From contig JBNZDD010013499.1 of NCBI GenBank assembly GCA_050575255.1, positions 711,088-775,087 of the forward strand: 64,000 nt of DNA. Reading direction: 5' to 3'. The stretch's first letter is position 1. Every line of letters starts with the position of its first letter. The notes beneath the pieces are model-generated. The model saw only the letters and a program-made list of their open reading frames with translations, was not told where the DNA came from and made no database searches. Shown one piece after another: positions 25,301 to 39,080 of the stretch. This DNA comes from Harriotta raleighana. Taxonomy: Eukaryota. Position numbers and translations under genes: made by a program.

Positions 25301-27316
25301 AGCACATAGCAAATTTTATTTTGCATGATGCTGAATTATCTGATCTATTTGCTTATCCTGGTCTGCAAAGCTCTGTGCCCTCACACACAGTTCATTCATT
25401 CGCTGAACCATGATAAAAGATCCTATTTTGCTGAACTGATTTGCCTGTAGAGTACTGGACCATTTCAAACTTCCACCACATTTGACTCTGACCTTCCCCT
25501 AAATCCACAATTAAGATACGCCAAATTCCTCAAACACACGGTAGAAACATGACCTCTTAAATGCAACCATCCGTTTATGGAGCATAAAATGCAGCTATTT
25601 GATTTACAGCCAGTTGTAATTCATTTGGAGTTACACAACCAATGACACTTGGCTGTTGTTTTTCTCAAACTACTGTTTCACAACATACATCATCCTCTGT
25701 GAACATGAAGCCACATGAAAATCCCAACAATCGCATGATTCTAAATGAGTCAAGTTGAAACTGAACCTTTTTTAAAAATAGTATTTGAATTTAATTAGAA
25801 CTATTTAAAGCTATGTGTGTGTAAACAAGTAAAATCACATCTAAACCAATCAATTAAAATATTAACTCTTTTGAGCAAAAGCACATCACAGATAAATGAT
25901 ATACTGTAATGTGATGAGGATCTGTTCAGAGACTTGTTATTGCCTGCTGTGGCCACTTCTTATTTTCAAAAAAAAAGTTTCTCCTTTTTTTAAAATAAAT
26001 ATAATTGTTTGGCAAAATAACTGAATAAATTCAGGGCCTGCACTATTTTGGGGCTAGTATGAAATATTTTTAAATCCCATGGGCATTTTCTCTGATTAGT
26101 TATGCACATTAACCCCAACTTGTCCTAAAGTCAACCACAAACAATAAAGTCACTTTTGTTTTTGAGGCATTTATACTTCATTACAAGTGTTCATGTGTGG
26201 TGGAAAAGTAAATAGAAATCATTTGTAAATGGAATAATATTTGATTGGTTGACGTGGGTGTTAAGAAAGGGATCACATGTGAACTTTTAAAATTTGAACA
26301 TGCATCCCAGAATGTTAGTACAGCTTCAGTCACGAATATGGTATTCTACAAGTAAATGAAAAGGGATTTCAAAGAATGCTGGCAGGTGATTTCAAAGAGT
26401 GTAGTCAGCAATTTTACTGGTCTCCAAACCTGAATTAAAAAAGGCTGGTTTAAAGGTTGACGTATTGGAAACTGAAGCTGAAATTAGATAACTCTTTGTG
26501 GAGCTATTGGTTGGTACTACAAATTACGGGACCTTTTTTAAGAAAACTATTTGAAATGAGGGGAAAAATATTTGTATTAATTAATTGTAATTACTTCACA
26601 TAAAAGACTTAGGAGAGTTCGGGTGAAAAACATATCCTGCTATCAGAACTCCCAGCCAGGTGGATGTCACCGACCAGGGTAACATGTCCCTGCCCAATTT
26701 TGTATATAGTCAACAGAATTCATTTGTGCACAGCACTTTCACCCGTTTGTAATACCAGCCAGATATAGCCACTTTAGCTTGTATTCAATATAAAAAATAA
26801 TAGAAACTAGGAACTAGATGTGATAGAATGCCTTCATTCATTTTAGCAAACTGCCCCAAAATACTGATTCAATATCAACTTTGGTTTGCCTAGCCAGCTT
26901 TTGATCATCGTCATCCATTATTCTACGTATAATAGAAAAATAACAAAGAAAATGATTTACTTATTTGTGACCAGACTATTTTTCCATTTTCTGCAACAAT
27001 TCAGCATTCAAAAAAGGGTAATGAAGGAATGTGTTCAATGCAGCTCGGGCATCTCCAACAGATGCCACTGAATTGCAAGTGGTTATGTTATATTTTCCTA
27101 CTGCTGGATCTTCATTATAATATAAATACTGCATTTCAGAAGTCTAATATCTTTGGTATATGAAATGTAGAAAAGTTTACACAATCATCACTCTTTACTG
27201 CACATAAAATAATTTATAAAAGAAAAACAATATCTATTTCTAGTTTGGCAAGCATGATGGATGCTCAGTAGTTTTACTTCACAAAATATAACAAGATACA
27301 TTTCTCAAATGCTTAC

Positions 27317-27375
27317 TTATTTCCACCTAATAAATAACTGCTCTGCGGTCCATGGCCATATTCCAACTGTAGATC
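27317..27375 (-). CDS. MAP4K3: MAP4K3 exon (~ex16)
   Basis: tgcag|GAT...AATAA|gtaagc; 59 nt; DLQLEYGHGPQSSYLLGGN(K). Confidence 0.94.
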
Positions 27376-28828
27376 CTGCAGTTCAAAAGGAAAAACAAAC
27401 AGGTTGCATAAAAATGATTCACACAATTTATAACTGAAATACAAAACACTGTCATATTAGAGCTTGAGCAAAGACATGAAATTAATGGAACAGTGATGAT
27501 TAAATGTTAGAAAGGATAGATATGCAAGGTTTTTTGGTTGAAGCGCAGAATCTGAAATTTTCCACGAGTCCAAGATATTGCAGCTATTACACCATATGCA
27601 AAAAAAATCCATTTGTTCCACTATTTGCTCAAAACATTTTCGGGCGCGATCATCAACGTATTTCAAATTGATTCCCAGAAACTTCTGTAAAAGGTTAACA
27701 TGAAGCATTTTATTCCAGTGATGCTCAAGGATGCAGCATTCAACTGCATCTGAGAGGCTAAGCCATGAACCACATTTCCACATCATCGTGAAGGTCTGTT
27801 AATCAAGATCATATTTAACCTGTGCAACAGACACAAACGAGCACACAAGCCTGCCACTTGATTAGCACTTTATTTTAGGGGACAGAAACAAGCGGAAACA
27901 TATTAAAAATCCAACGCTGAAAATGGGCCAGGAATATGAAGGTGATCGGATACTAAATCGTTCTCATTCCATGTCGAAATCTGGATTGTAAAATATAGTC
28001 ACTATTAGATTTTATTATTGATTTTTTTGAGATTTAAGATGTTATAGATAATATGTGATCTCAAGGCAGATTATAGATCGAATACTACAATGTAAACTAA
28101 CAATTCACCACAGAATCATGGAATCTTACAGCACTTCAGCCCATTCAGATGATCAATTCTGCACTTGTGTTCTCTACCGCAACCCAATCACCCAATCACT
28201 TCCTCTGATTTTCCCCCTAACTGAATATGTGTGATACATTTATCTGAATTTCTCATGGAAGTAGACATTTTGATTAAACATGAAGCTAAAATAGCTACAT
28301 GCATCAAGAGGCTACTGTTCCCTTTGTCAGATAATTTTACTTTTTAAAAAAATATTAACTAAATGGAAATTATCATATCAGAAGGCTTCTTCCCTTAAAG
28401 AAACATCACAATGTTAGCAATGTACATTGTGAAGTATTTTTTTTTAGCAGCCTAAAATACATTTCTCAAATTATTTCTATGCAGCCATTGATGAAGCTGT
28501 CTATACTTGCTTAAGAACGTTAGCCCTAAAAGGAAATGCAGTCAATCCTGAAAAACAAAGCTGTCACTCAGTCATTCAGTGAATTCTGAAGGAACAATAT
28601 GAAATCAGGAACTGAAAGCACATTATTATAGTACAACAACAGTCAGAATGTAATGTAAAGACTAATTGTTAAATAGTAAATTAATATATATTTAAGAGAC
28701 TAAAAAAAATTCTTATCTAGCTCACAGAAATATAGGACAAAAAAAGGAGGCTGTAGGCTGAGCCTGTTTGTTAGATTTTAGGATTAGTTACAAATATTTT
28801 AATCCTAATATCATTTTGTTATAACATA

Positions 28829-29045
28829 GGTGTCAGGCTGGCTCAGTTCGTACTGATGCTTCCAAATTATAAGATTGTGGGTTTAAGCCCCATGTCAACA
28901 CTTGATCTCCCACAGACTAGGCTGACTATCCCACACAGATCTGGGGCAGGAGGAAGAGGGATATCTCCCCCGTTCTTTGGGAGAAACTTTAATCTGAGGT
29001 CCTGTCTGTCTGTTCAGGTAAATATTAAAGGGCCCGTGGCGCTAC
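28829..29045 (+). mobile_element. tRNA-headed Deu-like SINE relic
   Basis: ggtgtcaggctggctcagtt...ttgtgggtttaagccccatg head; similar to the 12594 element. Confidence 0.55.
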
Positions 29046-30807
29046 TGCGGCTCCTCTGCTGGGCGGGAATGGTATTTCGGTAAACCTCGGACACCTCTAA
29101 GTCGGACAAAATGTCCGGCTTAACCGACTTCCAGACACAAGGTATTAAAAAAGGTGACTTTACACATCCTTGAATAATGCGTAAACCATACGCATAATGG
29201 GTAAACCATAATCTGACAATTTCAGGATCAGTCTGCTGTATCTTGTTATCCACTAAACCTCACGTAGTTCAGCGCCTTCAGATGTCCTCCCGACATGAAA
29301 GGCATTTTACAAATTTAATATTGTCGTACTTTATTGTAATTCAAAGCATGCCTCAATTACATGTTAACCTACTACTGTACTTCCAAACCATATACAATTG
29401 ACAAGGTTTCCCAGTTTGCCAATTTACTTATATGTAATATATAAGGTATTGTGAGTTTAAATGAATGACAGTATTAGAAAATAAGATGGTTTGCAGCAAC
29501 CCCATCTCATATATATAGCTGCCCTGCTCTAAACATAAGCAAAAATAGTTAATAATTAATAAAAGTTGCCTTGCTAGACATAATGCTCTCTCATGTACCC
29601 ATTATATCAGATTTCCACAAATTTCTGGTGGAGAAATAAATCCCTTCTGCCAATCAAGTTCAACGTTTGAAACCAGATTTTAAAACTTTCTCAATTATTT
29701 AGCTGAAGCACACTTTGTCAAAATTAATATATTCTCTCATCCAAAATGACTGCATTGTGTTTTCTACCTGGCAGATCCAAAAGCATTTTCCCAGATTTGT
29801 ATACTAGTTATGCAAGCTATGAGCAAGTCAAAGAAGACACTGACGCACAATTAACCTCAGCACTTGAACCCTATTCTTCCGGTGAGAAATCTGTGGGAAA
29901 ACTATATGGAAATCAACAATTATTGGTGACCTTGGTAGAAACAGTGAATCCTTCCCTAATCCTACACCCAGGGTATGATTTATGGAAATCTTTCATCTTC
30001 TCTGTAATTTAGGGGAAGTGGGGACAATTTAGACTCACATTTCTCCTCTAAATTAGATGAACTATAACTCAGTACAGAGTGAGACATAAATCTGCAACTT
30101 TCTATTCTCAGTGTGTCAGTACTGCACATAATCTGGCCTATGAGACCATCTGGGGAAGCCAGTTCACAAACTTGCGACAAACATTATTAGACTGGACATT
30201 CCTGTCCAGTACTAAGATTTCATTATATGTTCAGCAGTAGAGACTGCAGATTGATTTGATGCCGAAAAGATATAAAAGAAATTCTAACAAGGAGAAGGTA
30301 TATGCAAAGCACAGCAAGAATAAGGTTTATGCAGTTGCTATTTGATCATTGTTTTTTTTGAAAATTTATCAGCCAACAATAACAAAAAGAGCATGAATTT
30401 CCTGTCGACCTTTTTTCAATATAAATGGCGAAATCAATAAAAATTAAGCTAGACATGGCTATTGCTAGAACTAAGAGTATTCTGCACAATGCCAATATTC
30501 TAAGGTGTTTTGGCTATATGTAGAATTTGAAACAATGCTGTTGTTGAAATTAAGCCATAAATAGGCATAGTAATTAACAGGCAAGGTCCCAAAATGCATA
30601 TTGCAAAGTTCCAGACCTCATGATTTCAGCAGTTTTACCATAAAATCTCACACTATATATGATGTGAATTGAACAGATTTTTTTTGCTTTGCATAATCTG
30701 AGCAAGAAATATAAAAGACAGGGTAAAAAAATTATGAAAGAATGATAAACAGGAAATAGAAACACCTAGAAATGACAGACAAAGAAACCCGGAAATGTGA
30801 AAAATAC

Positions 30808-30870
30808 CAGATTAGATCTTGCTGTGTAGTATATCTCTTCTGAAAGGTCCAAAAAATCATCACTGAAGGG
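30808..30870 (-). CDS. MAP4K3: MAP4K3 exon (~ex15), symmetric 63-nt probable cassette exon
   Basis: aacag|CCC...CTG|gtattt; PFSDDFLDLSEEIYYTARSNL, resembling recalled human PDSDGFLDSSEEIYYTARSNL. Confidence 0.9.
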
Positions 30871-31555
30871 CTGTTCAGCAAAGACCAAAAAACCCAAGTT
30901 ACTTAGATCAAGCCCAGTATCCCTCAAGAAACAAACAGAGTGAAGGCATTTTTCTAAAAATATATTTGGGAGTTTTGTACAAAATTATCCAACTCAGACA
31001 ACCCTGATGTTTAAAACTGGCTTTCTTTTATCAATTTACCCTCCCTATTTGGAGGAAATAAGACAAAGCTATCAAACTCACATTTGTTTCAATTCTGCAA
31101 AAATTACACAAGTTTATATGGGGAGCATGGCTGCAATATTCCACGGTAGAAATACTTTTGATTTGGAATGATACATCAGAAAATCTTAAATCAAAACAAT
31201 AATGCAACCTACATTTCATTGTTTGACACCTTCAAAATAAACCTCTGGTACAAAACAAGTGTCAGACTTTGTGCAAATTTGTTCAGCTAGATACACATGC
31301 ATACAGTTAAGGATTGTTTCCAAGCTATATTAACTTGTAATGAAATCACACACACCGCCTTCTCCCACCTCCCCAGAACATTTGAAAGAATCCCGAGTTG
31401 TTCACATCAGTTAAATATGATCTGTAATGTGTTTCATTTCAACCATTCGAAGCATAGCTCATTTGCAATTCTGGAAGCTTGTCATTCTCCAGAATATCTA
31501 GTTGGCATAATAAGATTTAAACACTGTTCAAACGAAACAAAACTATTTGACTTAC

Positions 31556-31614
31556 AAGTTCATGATGTGGCTCAGTTTCTTTCCGCATTGGTGGATCAAA
31601 TTTTATTTGCCCAA
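31556..31614 (-). CDS. MAP4K3: MAP4K3 exon (~ex14)
   Basis: tgcag|TT...CTT|gtaagt; 59 nt; (F)GQIKFDPPMRKETEPHHEL. Confidence 0.95.
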
Positions 31615-31859
31615 CTGCAGATAAAACAAATGAATACAATTAATCGGAAAACAAGTAATTTGTATGTTGAAAAGGACCAACTATTCCATTTAGACATAAC
31701 TTTTGCAAAATAGGGGACTTTTTGGTTATACATGCTTTCTCTGAAAATCGACACCAAAATCTCAACAGCAATTAAGAAGGTAATTTCAGCATTTACATTA
31801 ATAATTATATGTACACACTGGACTTTAGAACGATTGCTGTCTTGACAAACTGACTATCA

Positions 31860-32605
31860 GACAGCAAGTCCTGGATGAGAGCTAACTTTCCACAGCTAAA
31901 TATCAATAAGACCAAGGCAACTCCTGATTGGCTTGTGCAAGCGCCTTCACAACTCAGGCGCTGGCAGCATCAACCTCCATAGTTGCACACTCCACCTCAC
32001 CAAGCCAGTCAGGAACCTAGGAGTCTTGTTCAATCCTCAACTGTCCTTCCTCTCTCACATCCATGCCATGCCCAACTTCCCACACCACCACTACATCACC
32101 CGACTCCGCCACTACCTCACCCCTCAGGCCACTGAAACTCTCATTCATGCCTTTATCATGTCCAGGCTCGATTATGCCAACGCCCTGCTTGTCAGCCTTC
32201 GCAACTCCTCCCTCCGTAGGCTGCAGATCATCCAGAACTCTACAGCCCGTGTCCTCTCCTGCATCAAGCTCTATGACCCCATTGCCCCCATTCTCGCCTG
32301 ACTTCCCATCACCCAGAGGATTCAAGTTCCCTGTCCTCACCTTTAAAGCCCTCCATGGCCTTACCTCACCCTACCTCTGCAACCTCTTAAACCCCTACCA
32401 AGCTGCCCGCTCACTCCACTAAGCGGGTTCCAGCCTGCTACATGTGCCCTGACCCATTCATTGGCGGGCGAGCCTTCAGCCATTCTGCCCCCAACCTCTA
32501 CAATTACATCCCACAATCCTTCCAACTCGCCCACCGGCCCTCCATAGCTTCCTTCAAGTCCTGCCTCAAGACCCCCAGCTTCTACGGGCCCATCGGTCAC
32601 CCAAA
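31860..32605 (+). mobile_element. L2 LINE ORF2 C-terminal fragment
   Basis: ORF 31933..32301 reads PVRNLGVLFNPQLSF...TETLIHAFIMSRLDYANALL...LQIIQNSTARVL, then FKALHGLTSPYL and GGRAFSHSAPNLYN; typical L2 C-terminus with frameshifts. Confidence 0.92.
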
Positions 32606-32829
32606 TCTAAAATCGGGGGATACCTGTACCATAAATAAAGAAATGGTACAATGACTGAAAGAATATATTTAAATCGTAAACGTAATGTAAATCAAGACAA
32701 TGACCATAAAAATCAAAAGTAACTATTGATTTAGATCACATGAAGCCCTCAAATATACAAAGCAGAAAAGGCTATTGAGCGCACAAAATTCACCCAATAA
32801 TTTTCCGGTATGAGGGTTCAGTTACATCA

Positions 32830-33720
32830 CATCCATAGAAATTTACAGGCCAGAAGGCCATTTGACCAGCCATGTCTCCGCCAGCTCCCTCATGAGCAAT
32901 CCTTTTGAGTCCCATTCACCTGCCCTTCCCCCACATACCTATAGCCAACTCTTTTTAAGGTATTTGTTCATTGCCCAGTTCTCTCTTGAATGCTCACATG
33001 GATTCTGCCTCAAGTACTGTTCCCAGTGGAAAAAGTCCCAATTCCTCCAGTCTCTGCACATAGACCAAACCACTTTTCCCCATTATCATGTTAATAAATC
33101 TCTGCAACACCTCAATCTCCTCGACGTCTTTCTTAAAAGTGGTGACCAATACTGGACAATATTCTAACTACGGTCTCACTGATCATTTATATCAATTTAG
33201 CATTTTCTTTTTGCTCTTGTATTCTTTTGGATTTTCTACTCCTCTATTTATAAAAATTAAGATTCCATTAGATTTTTGTCAGCTTTGACCACCTGCCTTC
33301 CCAACTTTAAGGATTTATGAATATTAATATCAACCATAACCATTTGCTCTTCTGCTCCTTTTAGTATTTTATCACTCAAAGTATGTTTGCGAGGCACGGC
33401 TTGCCTTGTAACCAATCCGTGCTAACTGTCTTTAATCAACCCATGTATTTTCCAAGTGCTTAATAATATTATCCTGTTTTATAGCCTCACAAGGTTTGCC
33501 CACTACGGAGTTGGGCTAACTGGTCTATAATTACTCGCTAGTTCCATTTTCAAGTGGATGTGTTAGTTTACCCTCCAGTCTTCTGGCACAACTTTTATAA
33601 TCCAAGGATATTTGAAAAACTGTAGTTAGAGCATCTATCATATCCTATACAAATTCCCTTAACATTCTCAGATACATGCTGTCAGGTCATCATCACTTGT
33701 CCTCTTTAGAGTTCCATCTA
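32830..33720 (-). mobile_element. Decayed CR1 LINE fragment
   Basis: Motifs such as tggtgaccaatactggacaatattc and ttgggctaactggtctataatt, reverse complements of CR1 ORF2 LEYCVQFWSP-like and NYRPVSLT-like segments. Confidence 0.7.
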
Positions 33721-33738
33721 GTTCTTTAAAATCCTTAC

Positions 33739-34054
33739 ATCCTTACATTTGATATAGTGCTTTTCACATCTTGTCGATGTCTCAAAGCGCTTCACAGAAT
33801 ATACTGTAAAGTGAATTGACTGCATATTTGTGGGAGAAACGTGGCAGCCAATTGCGCACAGCAGTGTCCCACAAACAGTCATGGATTGAAATGACCAATT
33901 TTATTCATGTGTTTTTTTTTGGAGGGATTATTATTCGGCATGTGGAGTAAGGAAACTTGCCCAAAGTTTCGCCAAGTTTGATCTGCCTGGATTCGAACAC
34001 AGGTCTCACGCTTGTAAGGCGAGTGCTCTAACCACTGAGCTACAGGAGCTCCAC
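33739..34054 (-). mobile_element. Full-length SINE family A copy
   Basis: Minus strand: A-box tagctcagtggttagagc, B-box gttcgaatcc, body and L2-type tail. Confidence 0.88.
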
Positions 34055-35004
34055 AAGCACTTTACTACTGCTGGTAGACCCAATCAGCCAAGTCTATGGA
34101 AATGTCTGGTGTGATCTTGCGAGAAGACATGTACTCNGAGCTCCACAAGCACTTTACTACTGCTGGTAGACCCAATCAGCCAAGTCTATGGAAATGTCTG
34201 GTGTGATCTTGCGAGAAGAATTTATTTTCTGAATTGGAATTCGACTTTTGCTTTCATGGACAATTCAGGCAAAACATTCTTGTTCGTGTGATTTCCTGAA
34301 ATCCAGTCCCAAACAAACAATAGGCATTGCTTTTTATTGTGGCTGATTTCTGTATTTACATTCTTGTGCAATTTTCAGAGTTGACATTATTGTTCAACCT
34401 TTGATATGGCCTCAGCTGGGCCCCAAACTATTTGTTTCTTTGTCACAATATTTAGTTAACTACAGAACAATTGCTTCAATCAGCTGTTTAATAGATAGCA
34501 CACAATGTGATCATTTATGGAGGGAATAGTTACAAATTATATCCGCTGTTAACTATATTGTTCTGGTTGATCGAATTGCACAAGTTCTCCACAAGCTAAT
34601 GGTAGAAGAGCTGGTTTTTTGAAGGTCAATTTTAACAGCTTCAGTATGAAAAGGATGTGGCATGTTAAATTATTTATTTGCTCTTAAAAAAAAACCACAG
34701 GTGAAAATGCACACACACAGNGGTTTTTTGAAGGTCAATTTTAACAGCTTCAGTATGAAAAGGATGTGGCACGTTAAATTATTTATTTGCTCTTAAAAAA
34801 AACACAGGTGAAAATGCACACACACNCTCACCCACACACAAATGTAATTAAATTTAGTCAATGTGTTAACAACAATAAAATGACATTTGTTCAGCACCCC
34901 TCATGTCGAGAGGACATGGACAGTCAGTGTTTCAGATCTGAGCTGAGGGTCAGGATTGGGGAGGATCGTTAAGTTTAATGTTCAATCAAAAAATTCAAAC
35001 TCAC

Positions 35005-35083
35005 AATTAATCTCTGACCGTGTCTTTTCTTCCCTGACATTCCTGCTGGTAGATTGAATTCGTTGAGGAACAGATATTGGAGG
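35005..35083 (-). CDS. MAP4K3: MAP4K3 exon (~ex13)
   Basis: ttcag|CCT...AATT|gtgagt; 79 nt; PPISVPQRIQSTSRNVREEKTRSEIN. Confidence 0.94.
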
Positions 35084-36069
35084 CTGAAGAGAGAAAAGAA
35101 TAAAAGGATGAAGTTGCAGCTTTGCAGGAGTCATTTGGATCACAATATTGCTTTACAGATTTTTGCAATTAAAACATTTTTGGATGCTCATACAAATATC
35201 CACTAAACAGGATGATTATGCCTGGTTATCACACCAATGTTTAATCAAAGCAAGTTTTCCTAATAAAAACATGTAGTTAGTTATTGCAAACACAAAGTTA
35301 GGCATGCAGAGAATGTAATCACTGGGTCACATGGATGTCAAATAAGTTTCGCTCAGCACTGAGCCCAAATTTTACATTGTTTCATTTAGGAAGTTGCTGT
35401 TCTATTACGTTTTTCATCATTATCCAAGGAACATGTTCTCCATTTAATGAATGCTTTAATAAAAGAGTAATTTAGTTTGTTGCGAAGCCAGGGAACACAG
35501 AATATGACTAAAAATGAGTTGCAGTATTCAAGTCATAAATCTGTAGAAAAGGATTTTAATGGGTCAAATTGAGTCAGAAAACAATATCCATTACCACAAA
35601 AATAATTTGCTAATGATTCAAATTGATAGCAGTTGAATAATATTAGATTGTATGTATACTTTCATAAATTCAAATTACAGAACTAAGTATATATTGCGGT
35701 AATCTGAGTAGAAATGAGCTACTTCAAAGCCATTGTCAGAAAAGGGCTGCAACACAGAAATCAACAACATGTCAAGCACAAGAAGCTATTCAGGCTGCAA
35801 CTGAAGCTTTAAACAGCTCTCAAAGTGGGAACCACACTACAAGTAGTAAACTATCGGAATATTGTCAAATACAACAACAACAGCAAAATTACATTGATAT
35901 TCTACTGGCAACATTGAATAATTGCCACGTCAAATTTTCATTTACTGAATTAAGCAGTTCAAAGAGGATTTTTCAGTGCATCACACACATGCATTGACAC
36001 CAATCTACTATTTGCGGTTGTGTAAATTTAAGACCTTATGTTAAGCCAAGAGTTACTTGTGATAAATAA

Positions 36070-36895
36070 ATGATTGTAAATGATTTGTGCTCAGATATAG
36101 GAGGTGCAGTGTTGAAATTTGCAGTCGACACCAAAATGGGACGTGTGGTAAATAATGAAGAGGGAATGGTGGACAGAATAAGAAACCAACTGTATTTTTC
36201 CTGGATGGTCAGAACCAAACAGAGATACGATAAACAAAACAAGAGATTCAGATTCCGAAGTCACTAACAGTAGCAGCACAAGTGGACAAGGCCTAAAGAA
36301 TGAAAATAGATTTTTTGGCTTTATATCCAGAGTAATTTTAAATTTATGTTAAACTATCCTTAAGACTATATTTGGAGAACTGCTTGCAGTTCTGGTCACC
36401 ATGACAGTAAGGCGATGGTTGCATTCGAGAGAATCCAGTGAAGATTTACCAAGTTATTACAAGGATTGGATAATTGGGAGGAGATCTGAAGTTTAAGATC
36501 AGGAAAGGATTTGGTTAAGGGGAACATTACCAGACTGTTTCCAAAATGAGGGGGCATACATCATCAACAACATGCATTTATATAGTGGCTTTCACTTTGA
36601 GGCTGGTAGCTGATCTGATAAGAGAATCTGGGAGGATTTTCAACTGATTTTGCAGAGTGGGTGAGAATTTGGAATTCACTTCTGGAGGGTGTGGTTAAAG
36701 CAAAAAGCATCAATATATTTAAGAAGAAATTTGATGATTACATGAGGGAGAAGGGAATAGACAGGTTTAGAAGAGGGGATTAGGATTGCATGGAGTATAA
36801 ACACCGGTAAAGACTAGTTAGCCAAAAGGGTTTCCATTTGGATCGTCTTCCCGACGTGAAAGGCACTACAAATGTAATTTTGTTGTTGCTGCTTT
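36070..36895 (+). mobile_element. CR1 LINE 3' fragment with short L2 tails
   Basis: KFAVDTKMGRVV (cf. CR1 KFADDTK), gcagttctggtcacca, tggaattcactt; L2 tails at ~36565 (-) and ~36840 (+). Confidence 0.8.
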
Positions 36896-38224
36896 ATCAT
36901 TGCACATAAATCTATGATGGAAATAATTTATGCATGCATTCATATTCCCCAAACCATTAATCTTAGAAAAGTAAATATCCTGATAGGTTTATACAAACAG
37001 GGATAGTTCATTCAGTAATGAAAAGAAACGTTAAAGTATGAGAAATTCATCTAATTTATCTAAAGTACAGGTNCTGATAGGTTTATACAAACAGGGATAG
37101 TTCATTCAGTAATGAAAAGAAACGTTAAAGTATGAGAAATTCATCTAATTTATCTAAAGTGATCATAGTTTTAATATGTTATTGAGTTTCATTGCACACT
37201 TCAATAAAAACCAACTCTAATATTAAAAAAAATCCAAATACACAGACCAAGAATATATTTCATTCAAAAGCTTGAACTTGCCCCAATTGACATCTGCCCA
37301 TTGCATGTTAATACATGTAATTCTGTGCTTGTACAAGTTTATTTAATTCCATTAAGTCGAGCAGAGATTTCCTCGCTCACTGCATCATTCCTCAGTTGAC
37401 AACAGCAACTACAGAAATGCCCCTACATTATCCTGTTTACCAATTTCCTTAAAGTCATTTAAACAGTAACTGTGGATCAGTGGAACGCTTCATTTCTTAA
37501 ATTCAAACACTAAAAAAAAAACATTTTCTTTCCCGCTTCATAAAACCTACAATCATTTTATCTTTTTGGACTCAAAAGTTTTTAAACTTGCATATTTTTC
37601 TTCTTTATGTATTAATATACACTGATATCGATTTGATGAAAAATATGATCTGATGTAGATACAAAATTAATTCATTCTATTTAAAAATAAATTTGGGTTT
37701 GCACGACTGCTGTTACTATCTTGTTAATAGGAACAGGCAGTTTCAATACTTTCTCATTGTGGTTTCTCAATTGGAATATTTCAAATTTAAATTAGATAAT
37801 CATCACTTCCTCACAAAGTATCAGAGTGAATGAGTGAAACATCAATAGGAAATATAGAAATGGTAATAGTTTAATAATCCCTTCATACCACAGAAGTTAG
37901 CGCTGAGGTATTGTGCATGAAATTAGATTAAATGTCCTTTAGAAGCCTTCTTAAATTTAGTGAAGAATGATGATATAGGCTCACAAATAAATACAGAACT
38001 TGAGAAGCCTTTTTTTTTTACTGTCAAAACGAGAGCTGGAAGTTAGAAACAAGCTATAATTTGACCTAGTTTAGTTTGCAGAAGCTTATCTGCCAATATA
38101 AATGGTTGATTGGTACAGTGATCGGGATGATTCAGTTTGGACCAAAACTGTATTGTGCAGGTTACAAATGTGTACATCTTGCAAATACATCTTACAAGTT
38201 TCTGTGGCCTGGTTTGTACAAGGG

Positions 38225-38590
38225 ATAGACAGCTGTTCTGGTTTCTTCAAGATAAGGATGGCACCCAGGCCCGAGAAGCAGCGAAGTCAGAAATGTGGCT
38301 GGCTGATCCCAGGATAAGCTTTGAAAACTACAATAATAAAATACTAATAATCCTTGCAAATCTCTCAAAGAGGATCTTAGGATATATACGATACTTAATG
38401 GGAAGGTGACTATAAATTTAGAAACACAAAATTTGTGTGAAAAAAATTACATCAAAAACCTTCACTTGTGGGAGAGGGAATAGAAGGCTATGGGAGGAAG
38501 TAAGAAATGAGTGGAGTCGTGTGGGATATAAACACAAACATGGTTAGAATAGGCCGTATGGTATGTTTCCATTCTGTAATATATGTAAAT
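38225..38590 (+). mobile_element. Decayed CR1 3' fragment
   Basis: Similar to the 36070-36830 3' region (agggaatagaaggctatggg...aggccgtatggtatgtttccattctgtaa). Confidence 0.55.
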
Positions 38591-38699
38591 CTATGTTAAT
38601 CCATATAAACTAAACCGTTTTTCAGATTAAATGCAAATCAAAATTCCATACAAGTTATATTCTACAAACAAAAGTATTAGGCAAATAGAAGTTATTAAA

Positions 38700-39080
38700 A
38701 TAATCCTTGAATTTGATATAGCACCTATATCGGATCAAAACATTTCCAAATGCTTTATAGAATTTTTCTGTAAAGTGCAGTGAGTGTGTATTTACAGGCA
38801 ATAGCAGCAGCCAAAATCCTACAAACATTTATTAAATGAATGAACTTTTTTTTTTCCAATTTGGTAGTTCATTGCACAGTAACTCTCTTCTCTAGTCAAA
38901 GAGAGCGATGTGATCTTCAACGTCCAGCTGAACAAGCAGGTGGGACATTGATTTTATATCGCATCCGAAGAATAGCATCTTCAACAAGCACTCTCACGCA
39001 ATATTGAATTGCACTATAAGTCAAGACTCCCCATGCAGAGCTTGAACTCGCACATTTCTGACTCAAGAGATGAGGGCACT
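38700..39080 (-). mobile_element. Deu-like SINE relic
   Basis: taatccttgaatttgatatagc tail; gatcttcaacgtccagctga body; cttgaactc...ttctgactcaagag head. Confidence 0.55.

Noticed and set aside
31933-32654. Cluster of overlapping ORFs as a nested gene
   Set aside because: Frameshifted L2 ORF2 C-terminus with no start region or intact reverse transcriptase.
33985-34054. tRNA gene candidate on the minus strand (also 56304-56375 and 19378-19420 on plus)
   Set aside because: A and B boxes are present but there is no proper acceptor stem, and the sequence runs straight into SINE body and tail.
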